Shown: in pieces, positions 11,961-23,100 of the stretch
How the letters are laid out: each line of letters opens with the position of its first letter
Position numbering within the stretch: the stretch's first letter is position 1
From: Ylistrum balloti
Lineage: Eukaryota
Direction: 5' to 3'
DNA: 64,000 nt
Assembly: GCF_031769215.1 (NCBI RefSeq)
Contig: NW_026782116.1
Location: 1,612,001 to 1,676,000, forward strand
Notes under the pieces: model-generated
Seen by the model: only the letters and a program-made list of their open reading frames with translations
What the model was told of the DNA's origin: nothing
Databases searched by the model: none
Made by a program: the position numbers and the translations under genes

Positions 11961-13270
11961 ATGGTATTGCACGTAAGAGACCCGCTTTCAATAAACATAA
12001 AAACAATAGGGCCTATATGTGTGAAGACTGTAATACGCTTGTAGCGACCTTATTCTTGTTTGATATTGAACGAATTTGTTAAATAATCGGTACGTTATCT
12101 AAAATAGGATTGTGATGTATGATAGTATATCTAAGTAGTTGTGCGATCATTATTTTCTGAAATATAAATTAGGACACGATATCATATGGAAACGTGTTAT
12201 TAGTTCTTACTGTCACGATCCTTTTTCGCTTTTATGCTTACTTGTTCTATATCTCGGCATGTGACACAAATTCTTACGAAATAATCCCATTGTTACGCAT
12301 ACTGTATGTTATCATTATTGGTGACTATGGTGACCATGGGTCGTGTATGTGGTGCTGAATTTTTGGTTGAGGTTGCTTTGCTTTTGTAATAAAAGGAAGC
12401 ATATGAGAAAAAAAATCAGCGTTTCAATTTTGACAATACCTTTTATGTGTGTTCTTTGATGCATATCGAGTTAATTGTTAATTTGCGTTTAAGAAGGCCG
12501 GAATATCTATTTGAAATATCGATGTTACAGTTGTGTTGATCCCATCTGAGGTTGTTCTGTAATTCTGTAAATCCTCGAGTACCGTGAATTTGTCTAGTTG
12601 GAACTTCGTGTGACAATCCCATTCCAAATGTTCTTGTTGTACTTGTGTCGTCTTATGGTTTGTGTGTGTCGTACGCTGTCGTCGGTTTAAGAGTGTTGTA
12701 TATCTAAGGAAGTCGTTTATATTAGGATAGGTTCCTTAAGTCACAGGGATATTTTTGTGTTCTTAGCATGCATGTATTTAGCTATGTGTGTGGTGATATC
12801 ATTGGTAAGTAAGATTCATTGCTGGGATTTCTTTACTTGTGGTTTAACCCGACTGATATCTCAGGAAATAGTGTGAGAGGTGTATCATGTTCTCCAGCGC
12901 AAGCGTTGGGGGTATTGTTTCCTTTGTCTGTGGAAATGGTTTAGTTTTTTTTTGTCCAAAAATATGAGTGATAATGTAAACGTGATCGTTGAGGTTTTCT
13001 GATTTCTTAGCGTATCTATGCTTTATACCCCTAGGCGAAAGGTAAGATTGTGGACGTTTAAGCAATTGTTGTCAAACAGCTTCCACAAAACCCTTCCAAT
13101 ATTTAGCTCTTCAGTAGCGAAGATTTTCGTTCTCAATTCTAGCCATCTTCCTTTTCCACATTTATCTCCCTTTCCTGTATTCATCCTTCTTTTTCTGTCA
13201 TCATCTCAAACAATAGATAATGTTAATGTGTATAAAACTAAACCCATTAATCTGTGTTAATAGATAACCC

Positions 13271-13427
13271 AGATACTGGTCCGCCAGTTACCTCTTGGGT
13301 TACCAATTCTGGCAACTTCAGGGAATGAAAGCAGACTTCTTTGGAAGTTGCTCCTACACATTCCAGAAAGTGGTGAATAGTTAACCTATGTATTTCAATA
13401 TCTTAAAAGCAGAGTGGTGTATTGAGA
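13271..13427. repeat. 157-bp dispersed duplication, copy 1
   Basis: About 6 mismatches to 15167-15323. Confidence 0.9.
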
Positions 13428-13439
13428 CTTTGAGTATTG

Positions 13440-13880
13440 TACTTAGGAAATTAGTTCTGTAAACATGGATTTCTGGAAGCTTCCCGAAATCCAAAGAGGA
13501 GTCGATAATATGGACAAAGTGTTAGTATGACGTCACCATCGGCAAACTTGCGTCATCGATCTATCTCACATGTAAAATAACACAGAGAAAAGTATTCTTA
13601 ACATGATGACAATACGCGTGCAAGCTAGGAGTCCTTCCGATGTCATGTACTCGAATGGGTTTCACTTTTCTTGTGCCTGAGCTGTCAAAGTTCACATCTC
13701 GAACAGAGAGTGGACATATGCCACACCGTGTTTGAATTTAGGGGCAATTTAGTGAGTCATTTGGGGGGCATCTTTATAGTTAGCAGTTTGGCCAGGAATA
13801 TGTCGTATTTGAAAAGAGTTGAAGGATTCAATTTACATTCTTTTAGACACGTTGTAGCTGAACTTTGTCGTCAGCGGCCG
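13440..13880 (-). pseudogene. Decayed, 5'-truncated paralogue of the cGLR gene
   Basis: Collinear similarity to about 9360-9885 (e.g. TCCAAAGAGG.GTCGATAATATGGACAA, CGTCATCGAT, TGTAAAATA, GCGGCCG). Shows frameshifts and stops, e.g. TVWHMS-frameshift-SLFEM-TGA versus TAWRMSHSQFEMR. Confidence 0.88.
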
Positions 13881-13934
13881 AAATCTAGCGGTATACTATT
13901 TGAGACAAAACGTTATAGTTATAACAAAGGTGCA

Positions 13935-13954
13935 CTACAAATCGAAACCGAAAC
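13935..13954 (-). promoter_or_regulatory. Second ISRE (GTTTCGGTTTC) upstream of the cGLR pseudogene
   Basis: The 20-mer CTACAAATCGAAACCGAAAC is identical to 11940-11959. Confidence 0.7.
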
Positions 13955-14339
13955 AGCAGCATTTGTAGGTAGGTAGGTAGGTAGGATATGATATGAACAG
14001 TTATCTTCCGTTATCTTACAGATAATCTACCTGTGTCACTAATTCGTTTCGCTTTCAGTAAGCTATCTTAACGACGGTTGTGGCTTATACTTTTACATAT
14101 CTAAATGCGATCGTATTCCAAGGTGTGCATGTTGGCAAATACCTGTAAATCAGAGCAAATAAAATGACGTTTGTGCAATACCAGAAATTGGCATTTGTCA
14201 CTTTACTAAATCCAAGGGGGTTACCAAATCCACGAGGTTTTCTGCGACTAACTCAGATTCTAAGGACTGAGAATTCACCAAATCTATTTATCCTCTTTAC
14301 CATTATGCTCCGACTATCAGAAATATAGAGGGAAAGAGC

Positions 14340-14870
14340 TGAAGACATGATCCAAACATGGCAGTCTCGGCGACGAGTGGCACAGCATTTCGGTTGCAGT
14401 GTTAAGACAAATGATCCAAAGCGGCTCATCCTGCAAAATGACCATCCGTGATGGCATAATTGTATGATTAATTCACTTCGATTCCTAAGCGCTGTGTCCT
14501 ACACACTGGATTAATTTTGTTGTGACGTCACCGTAATAATAAACCGCAACAGACCCGAGTTCATCGTCGATATGCCTTGCGACAATAGAACAATGCTCTG
14601 TTTAAGTTTGTGTGCAATACGATGACGAAAGGCGTGAAGAGGCGACGAGGAGAGCGTTTTGCAAAGTGTTGCGACGAAATTTTAAGGCCAGTGATTCTAC
14701 CATCTTAAAATGTCATGGCTTTTGTGACATTTTCCAGCGGATAACACACCTGTTGCGTTACAAAAACTTTTATGTAGCTGAATAACGCGCAGGTGTTAGA
14801 TTGGCCATCGAAATCACATGATTTGTCACCACTTCAGCATGTTTGGTATGTTCTCGGGCAACACGTGAAA
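14340..14870 (+). mobile_element. Degenerate Tc1/mariner transposase remnant
   Basis: Broken frames give RRVAQHFGCSVKT (HTH), RRRGERFAKC, FQ.DNTP and QVLDWPSKSHDLSPLQHVWYVLG, matching the Tc1 WPxxSPDLxPIEHxW motif. No intact TIRs recognised. Confidence 0.8.
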
Positions 14871-15166
14871 GTCCATTTAACTTCTACTTGGAATGCCTGT
14901 TTACGAATCGCATGTGACAATAATGCAATGCTGTTTATCTCGTAAACGGTGCTCATTCCAATTACTAATGGTGTTCCATTGGCGATTGATCCCACTGCCC
15001 TTTAAAGGGAACTTACCAATATTTCTCAACATAAGTTGTCTGCCTTTAACTCTTCAATGATGCTTGGCCTAAATATATATGGAATTCTGAAGCTTTCTTT
15101 ACAAATTAAAACAATTGTTACATTATCAAAGAACATTGTTAGATTAAAGGCCAATAATCCAATGAA

Positions 15167-15323
15167 AGATACTGGTCCACCAGTTACCTCTCGGGTTACC
15201 AATTCTGGCAACTTCAGGGAATGAAAGCAGACTTCTTTGGAAGTTTCTCCTATACATTCCAGAAAGTGGTGAATAGTGAACCCATGTATTTCAATATCTT
15301 AAAAGCAGAGTGGTGTATTGAGA
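15167..15323. repeat. 157-bp dispersed duplication, copy 2
   Basis: About 6 mismatches to 13271-13427. Confidence 0.9.
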
Positions 15324-16914
15324 TATATTTAGGTTTCAGATAATAGTGCCTTGAAAATGAAATTTGATTGCCCTTGCTGAACTGGAAGAAATCAAATTTG
15401 ACAGGATGTCAAAGATCCTGCAATAAAAGCAAGCGGATCTAAATGCCTTTGACAAACTTCAAAGTTTACAGCATGACCCAAGACTCTCCACTTGTTATCT
15501 AAAGTTCTTCAAAGTCAATTGTTTTTATACATTTTCATATACTTTGGGTATGCAAACCACCATTGCTATATACATATTTCAAGAACATACAATGCACAAC
15601 AGAAAACTCACTTGACGTAGCCAAAGCGTTTTATTGACCATGACGTGTTGTATTAGAGGTCTATTCGTCAGACCAAACCAAACATTTTGGGAATGGCTCC
15701 TTATACAAAAAAGGTATACCAGGGCAGGTCCAATGCTCAACATCCATGGGATAAAAGTAATTCCACAGAAATCTGTCTGCCCACGATTATGTTCTACAAT
15801 AGTTAGGATTAGCATTGCTAGAGCATGTAACATTTGGACGAGCAAACATTCTATAGCATACCAGTAAGTGGACATCCCTGGTTGTCATAGAAACTCATCC
15901 CACATGTCCTATCAAAGTTCATCAGGCAAACACTGCACCTTGCATATTTCAGACATTATTATGCCTGTAAATGTGTTAAAACTTACTAACACAACAATGT
16001 TTTTCACACCAGTTCAAAATATTCCAGTAAAGCAATCAGCTTCTCTCTTCCTCAAAAAAAGTACTGAGGAGATGCAATTCAGAAAATATTTGGAATCATA
16101 CCATTTTTCATATAAAATTTCTGAGAAATTTTGCAAAATAACTATCAATCAATTACCAATATTGGTATGAATTCTGGAATATGTGCTGTATCAGTGTTTT
16201 TTTGCGAACTGTAACAAGACAGGGGTATATAATTGGACAGACAGACAGGCACTTGCTGGCTCACAAACAGGTGAAAAACAAATCAAACACAGGTAAACAA
16301 TTAGTAGGTACATGTACGTAATGTAACAAGTTACCCTAATATTTCAAGATTGTTCAAAGTCGGGCTAGATTTGTATTGTGTGCGTGAAAACTTATTCAGA
16401 AAACTGTTCTGATCAATTCATAAACCAAAAGAACTTTAAACAAATTTCACCATTCTAAATTACAATGAAAACTAAACATTTCCAAAATGTTCCTTAATCC
16501 CACTTCTGACACTAGGCAGACTTTGACAAATTATCTATGGAAAATGAACACTATCAATTTCTAGGATTAAGAGGACAATGCTTATTTTGATAATCGTTAC
16601 CTTACAATTATAATGAGGTGAGCAAAATCTTAACAAAAACGCACACAAATAAAGGAAAACTGCAGGAAAAATATCATACCCTAACCAAAAATTGATACAT
16701 TTATAGTGAGAGTAGTACAAAATTGTTGACTAGTAAAACTAAGTTAGACTCCTCTGAATAGCCATATAAATCCAAAGCCAGCAATAGCACAATATTAAAG
16801 TTTTGGACATCAGCTGTCTCTGTAAGGTAGATCAACATATACATCAATTTTATTGTCAATGTTATTCATTATATTTCTGTGATATATCATCTTAAACAAC
16901 AGTAAACCAATGAA

Positions 16915-17615
16915 AGCAAGAGGCTCAAAGGGCATGTTTATCATCTATTTGACTGTGTTGAAAAATCCTTTTTTGGCTTATCAGATATTTGGAGATTGAA
17001 TCATTTATTTAGAGAACATACTTCAGTTTGCAAATGTACCAAAGTATAAAAAGAAGGTTTTGACATTTTGGGCTTTTGTTAATTTGAATTAGGGTTGAGG
17101 CTGTCTAGACTTTAATTCATTATACAACTAAATACATCAGCAAGGTCAATGCTTGTAGAGAAATACAAGACATCCTAATAAAAAAAAAAAAAATTGTTAA
17201 CCGTAAAGTAATAGTTAACAATGACCAAAGAGTACAGTTAGTAAAATTCTGTGATTGCTGCTATGTTATCATTTAGATGTCTCATGATTAAAATTATTAC
17301 AGCCCAACTATGATAATTCAAGATTTATTGATCGTCATGAGAAGTTGTTTGTATTGAATATCCCATCATCCTTTTTCATGTCACACCAACTATATTTGCT
17401 CTATTCATCTTCAACATACCTGACCTGATGACCTTCCATGTGGGCCAAGAAGGGTTATTTTCCTGGACACTAGTCTGTCATTCAAGCAGTACAAATGTAA
17501 AATTCCAATCTTGTATTTTGTATTTTGATTACAGCATTAACAGTTCTTTAATGAGAACTACCATTGCAATAATATTGTAAGTCAAGATCATTTGCTTAAA
17601 AACCATCTGAGCCCT
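16915..17615 (+). mobile_element. Possible old HINE-like element
   Basis: Begins AGCAAGAGGCTCAAAGGGC and ends CATCTGAGCCCTTCGCCTCACAGTTCCTAAAA; both resemble decayed bivalve HINE termini. Confidence 0.3.
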
Positions 17616-20161
17616 TCGCCTCACAGTTCCTAAAAGTATTTTCTTAAAATGGAAAAATATAACACCAGAAAACTGTACCATCACATGAATTTACAGGCAC
17701 TTTCATATCAGGTGAGCTATTCCAACCAGGTAACAATAAATACTTCCAATTCAAACAGAAGCCGAGAGAAATATCCAAGCCAAATTACAGACAATGGTAC
17801 AAAGGAACACAAAACAAACATAAACCACACATTCATGTCCACCATGGGACGTCCATTCCCTTCAGATCTCGTCTGTACAACTGATAGAAAAGTCAGTGTA
17901 TGCCGTTCTACTTGTTAATTTTTTTGTATAATCTGTAATGAAAGATACTTGAACCTATTTCAACTGTAAGCTGGTTTTTTCATGGAGATCACCCAAATTG
18001 TTTATTAATTTACTGATGACAGTTTTTAGCTAGTTACATTATATTTCTGGAACTCCTATATCATATTATTGTATAGCAATCTAATCAAATGTTACACCAA
18101 TCATCTACACATGTCCTCCACCTCCTCCACAATTTTTTAACCCATTTCTGATGTAGTTAGGACAGTTACAAACTACTCTCTCCTTGTTGTCACATAAATG
18201 TTTCGCATCTAGAGATACTTTATTCCAGTAGAAGTTAAATACATCTTAATAACATGCCTCCATGGCCTGATCACTGTTATATCTATAACAAACCCTTTAC
18301 ATTTGTGGATTCTTAAATATTTATGTCTTTGAACTATTCATAAAATTCCTCTTGCAGGAGGTTTTATCTACATAGGTATACAGATAAACACGTTAATATA
18401 TTTTTTTTCAGTTTATCAACACTATGTTGCTGGTAATAAAATATGAGAAGGGATTATAACTGATTATTGAGATTCTGTTACTCCTTCACCTCTATATTCT
18501 AGATAAGTCGAATGAACAATAATAATTTTGATTATATGTATATATAAGTATAATTTTAGAAGGTGATTTACTATAAAGTACTTCTCCTAAGATAAATTTA
18601 AGATAGCTGAAGTATCCATACATTAACAACTCATCTAGCAAATTGTCTCCAATCCAAAACGGCATTGATATATATAAAAAATGATAAACATGTACCATTA
18701 AATGCGACTCCTTTGTCAGATTTTTCTTAGCCTTTTGGGAGACTAAATTGTAAAGAATATCATTAATGTTTTCGTATGTTGGTAATCCATGAAAAAGAAT
18801 CTGTAATACAGTAAACATTAGTAGATAAAAATTATGTATAGTGCACAATAATATTAATTGATATGAAATTAAATACAGTATATTTCAATTCTCTTGAAAA
18901 ATGCTAACTCTAGCTGATTGATAACTGAACATGTCTTCAAGTGAAACAATAATGATACAAATGACAGAATCCAAACACAATGTGTTTTCTGTTATGCTTG
19001 AAAGAGATTTCTATTCCATATGACTGTAATTTACATTTTGTGAATACAGGTATATAACACAGGGGAGATAACTTTACTCTTTTAGGTATTCTCAACATGC
19101 AAAGATCAGAACTGAGACTGGCCCATGGAGTGAGTATTTGTCATGTGCAGAACACTTTGATGTATGCAAAATCTATTTCTACAACACAAAGGAGATATCG
19201 GTAACTCCACAGTCCTATTTTACAACATCAGATCATTCACCGAACAGACGTCATATTTACTAGTCACTTAAACTATCAAAAGTGGTATACTCTACAGTGT
19301 GGCTGTGATGATATTAACATCTGACAGCGAAAATCTAAAGTACATGTACAATGTTATGAACAATAAAACCCAATCTACTCCAGATCCTTTGATCCAGAAA
19401 AAAATTTAATGTCATCACAGTATTTTGAGGACCTTGCTTATAATTTGAGTTTGAATACAAGTTAAAAACTGTTTTTTTTTACTTTCATTTCAAGTTACTG
19501 ACTTGTATGTGGATGAGTTAAAAAAAAACCAGCTGTCTTGAGCATGAGAGAAAGAGTGAATTAGATTTAAATAAGTTTGAGGTAAATGGATTAAAATAGA
19601 GAGATCCTACAAAAAACAAACAAAAATAATATGGTACCTTGTAATAAGTGGATAATGCCCATCGTAATCCAACCCCACACTATGACAAAGTGTAAAAACT
19701 ACCCAGAAATACACAAAACTTTACCAAAACCGACTGATATATAACAGATCAATATCAATTTCATAATTCAATTCCATGATGAAAGAAATCTGACCATTAT
19801 AGTCAAGTGTCTATGATCTTCTGTAAAAGTTGTCATGTTTGAGAGGATTAATTTTTTCCCTATATACCAGAATTGAATAAACTTAAAAAATAGATATGCC
19901 AAAGGTAAAAAGAGTAAACTATACTCTGTTTTTTTAACTTCTGTAAAAAAAGCAATCTTCTTACTTCAAAGTTTCTTATGAAATTCGAATCAAATACCAA
20001 CTTTTACAGTATATCATTTAGCATTAATCCATATACCAAGAAAATCCACTTGTGAACACAGGTATTTATAATGACTAAAGACTGGGGGAAGCATGGCCAT
20101 TGCCTGACTGGCCATGGCTGCCTACACAGATAACAGACTTTTATATTAATGTCTTTACACA

Positions 20162-23100
20162 TCAATAAGTGTCCATCACAAAGTTATGTATCACGTTTGG
20201 TACAGTCAAATCAAAGCCTGCGATATCCAGCATCCCTTTGTCATTCTGCTCTGCCACCCACATTGTTGAACTAGTAAAGCCACACGTCACCATTCTGTAG
20301 AAAGTAATGTGTATAGACTATTTAGTAATGCAATGACTGGGTATTGATTCTCAATGTAGTTTACCTTTATATAAGCCATTACATATACCCCAAGACTCAA
20401 CTTCTGAATCAGTTTATAAAACTGTTTCCTAGAGAGGAAGTTTTATGTACAGGTGTTCCCCACACAGAAAGTATTTATACATGTATTCCCTACAGAGAGA
20501 AAGTGTTTATACATGTATTCCATACAGAGAGAAAGTGTTTATACATGTATTCCATACAGAGAGAAAGTGATTAATGCATGTACTCCCTACAGAGAGAAAG
20601 TGTTTATACATGTATTCCGTACAGAGAGAAAGTGTTTATACATGTATTCCCTACAGAGAGAAAGTGTTTATACATGTATTCCCTACAGAGAGAAAGTGTT
20701 TATACATGTATTCCCTACAGAGAGAAAGTGTTTATACATGTATTCCCTACAGAGAGAAAGTGTTTATACGTGTATTCCGTACAGAGAGAAAGTGTTTATA
20801 CATGTATTCCCTACAGAGAGAAAGTGTTTATACATGTATTCCCTACAGAGAGAAAGTGTTTATACATGTATTCCCTACAGAGAAAAAGTGTTTATACATG
20901 TATTCCCTACAGAGAGAAAGTGATTAATGCATGTATTCCCTACAGAGAGAAAGTGTTCATACATGTATTCTGTACAGAGAAAAAGTGTTTATACATGTAT
21001 TCCGTACAGAGAGAAAGTGTTTATACATGTATTCCCTACAGAGAGAAAGTGTTTATACATGTATTCCCTACAGAGAGAAAGTGTTTATACATGTATTCCA
21101 TACTGAGAGAGTGTTTAATGCATGTATTCCATACAGAGAGAAGGTGTTCATACATGTATTCCCTACAGAGAGAAAGTGTTTAATGCATGAATTCCCTACA
21201 GAGAGAAAGTGTGTATTCCCTACAGAGAGAAAGTGTTCATACATGTATTCCCTACAGAGAGAAAGTGTTTAATGCATGTATTCCCTACAGAGAGAAAGTG
21301 TTTATACATGTATTCCCTACAGAGAAAAAGTGTTTTATGCATGTATTCCCTACAGAGAGAAAGTGTTTAATGCATGAATTCCCTACAGAGAGAAAGTGTT
21401 TATACATGTATTCCCTACAGAGAGAAAGTGTTTATACATGTATTCCCTACAGAGAGAAAGTGTTTATACATGTATTCCCTACAGAGAGAAAGTGTTTATA
21501 CATGTATTCCCTACAGAGAGAAAGTGTTTATACATGTATTCCCTACAGAGAGAAAGTGTTTAATGCATGAATTCCCTACAGAGAGAAAGTGTTTAATACA
21601 TGTATTCCCTACAGAGAGAAAGTGTTTATACATGTATTCCCTACAGAGAAAGTGTTTATACATGTATTCCCTACAGAGAAAAAGTGTTTTATGCATGTAT
21701 TCCCTACAGAGAGAAAGTGTTTATACATGTATTCCCTACAGAGAGAAAGTGTTTAATGCATGAATTCCCTACAGAGAGAAAGTGTTTAATACATGTATTA
21801 CCTACAGAGAGAAAGTGTTTATACATGTATACCCTACAGAGAGAGTGTTCATACATGTATTCCCTACAGAGAGAAGGTGTTCATACATGTATTCCCTACA
21901 GAGAGAAAGTGTTTAATGCATGTATTCCCTACAGAGAAAAAGTGTTCATACATGTATTCCCTACAGAGAGAAAGTGTTTAAACATGTATTCCGTACAGAG
22001 AGAAAGTGTTTATACATGTATACCCTACAGAGAGAAAGTGTTTATACATGTATTCCCCACAGAGAGGAGGTCCTATATACAGGCGTTTCCTACAGAGAGG
22101 AATCCATATGTATAATTGGTCTCTATAGAAAGGTATTCCCTATATACAAAAGTTCATTATGGAAAGGTGGCCCCTATATACAGGTTTTCTCTACACTTAC
22201 TTTGCATTTGGCATGTCCATATCTTTTCTATACTGTTGTAGAGCATCCTGCGGGGAGACGTTTCCAGTAGATTTGTCCCGATTGTCTGTCAGGATCAGGA
22301 ATACGTCTACTGCTTTCTTGTTTTCACTGGCCCATTTGATTGGTCCTGCAATGTCACATGGTGGAGGAGGTACCTACAGAAAAAAGTTATATTCAGCAGT
22401 CAGTCTCTGAAAATCTACATACAGGTGATAACACTTGCATAGATACAAGGAATTGTCACGTGTGTGAAATCATCAGTCATTAAATATGAAAAATGAAAAC
22501 TATATTAAGAATAATTTTGCAAAACAAAATTGAATACGATTGTTTAAGTGGATTTTTACATTGATGAAACAGTTTTGTTTAATTGATCATTTGGGCAATT
22601 TTTTTGGGTTTATTGATTACAATGACAGTCTGATATTTACCCCTCTAAATACTGGTTCATCATTTTTTGGCTTGTCTTCCTCCTAGAAAGAAACCATTTA
22701 TTTGGTGAAATAAATATTAATTATGTTACACAGCAATTTATTGCAAAACTATTGTGCAGTGTAACATGACTTCGATGTCACTCCTTTGTTAAATTGTTCA
22801 AACTCTGATGAATTGATTCATGAACCACACAAAGCATGAAAAAGCATTGAAGATCTGACTCCTATGTTTAAGCTTCAAATTGATTTATAAAGCTCTACAA
22901 TAACACAAAGTTCACATTAATGCAAAATATATTTTATTAAAGTTCTTTCAGATAGTTTGAGAATCAATTTTTAGTATTCAGACAGTATTTTGCTAAAAAA
23001 TATTGTAGATCCATATGGAATATTATCTACAAATTTGTCCTGTGTAAAATGATCTACAGACATACTCACAGGCTCTGGGAGGTTGTCTGCTATGATGATT

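Noticed and set aside
12500-13200. Possible decayed non-LTR retrotransposon (EHLEWDC resembles a zinc-knuckle tail)
   Set aside because: Single short motif with many stops; insufficient without a database search.
18492-18848. 118-aa minus-strand ORF
   Set aside because: AT-rich, low-information sequence with a non-ATG start and no recognisable motif.
19086-19129. Plus-strand micro-exon-like segment (TTTAG...GTGAGT)
   Set aside because: No partner exons or coding signal could be tied to it.
20344-22270. Many overlapping ORFs (MYSLQRESVYTCIPYREKVF)n
   Set aside because: The 32-bp unit cycles through frames; it is intronic and antisense to RO60.
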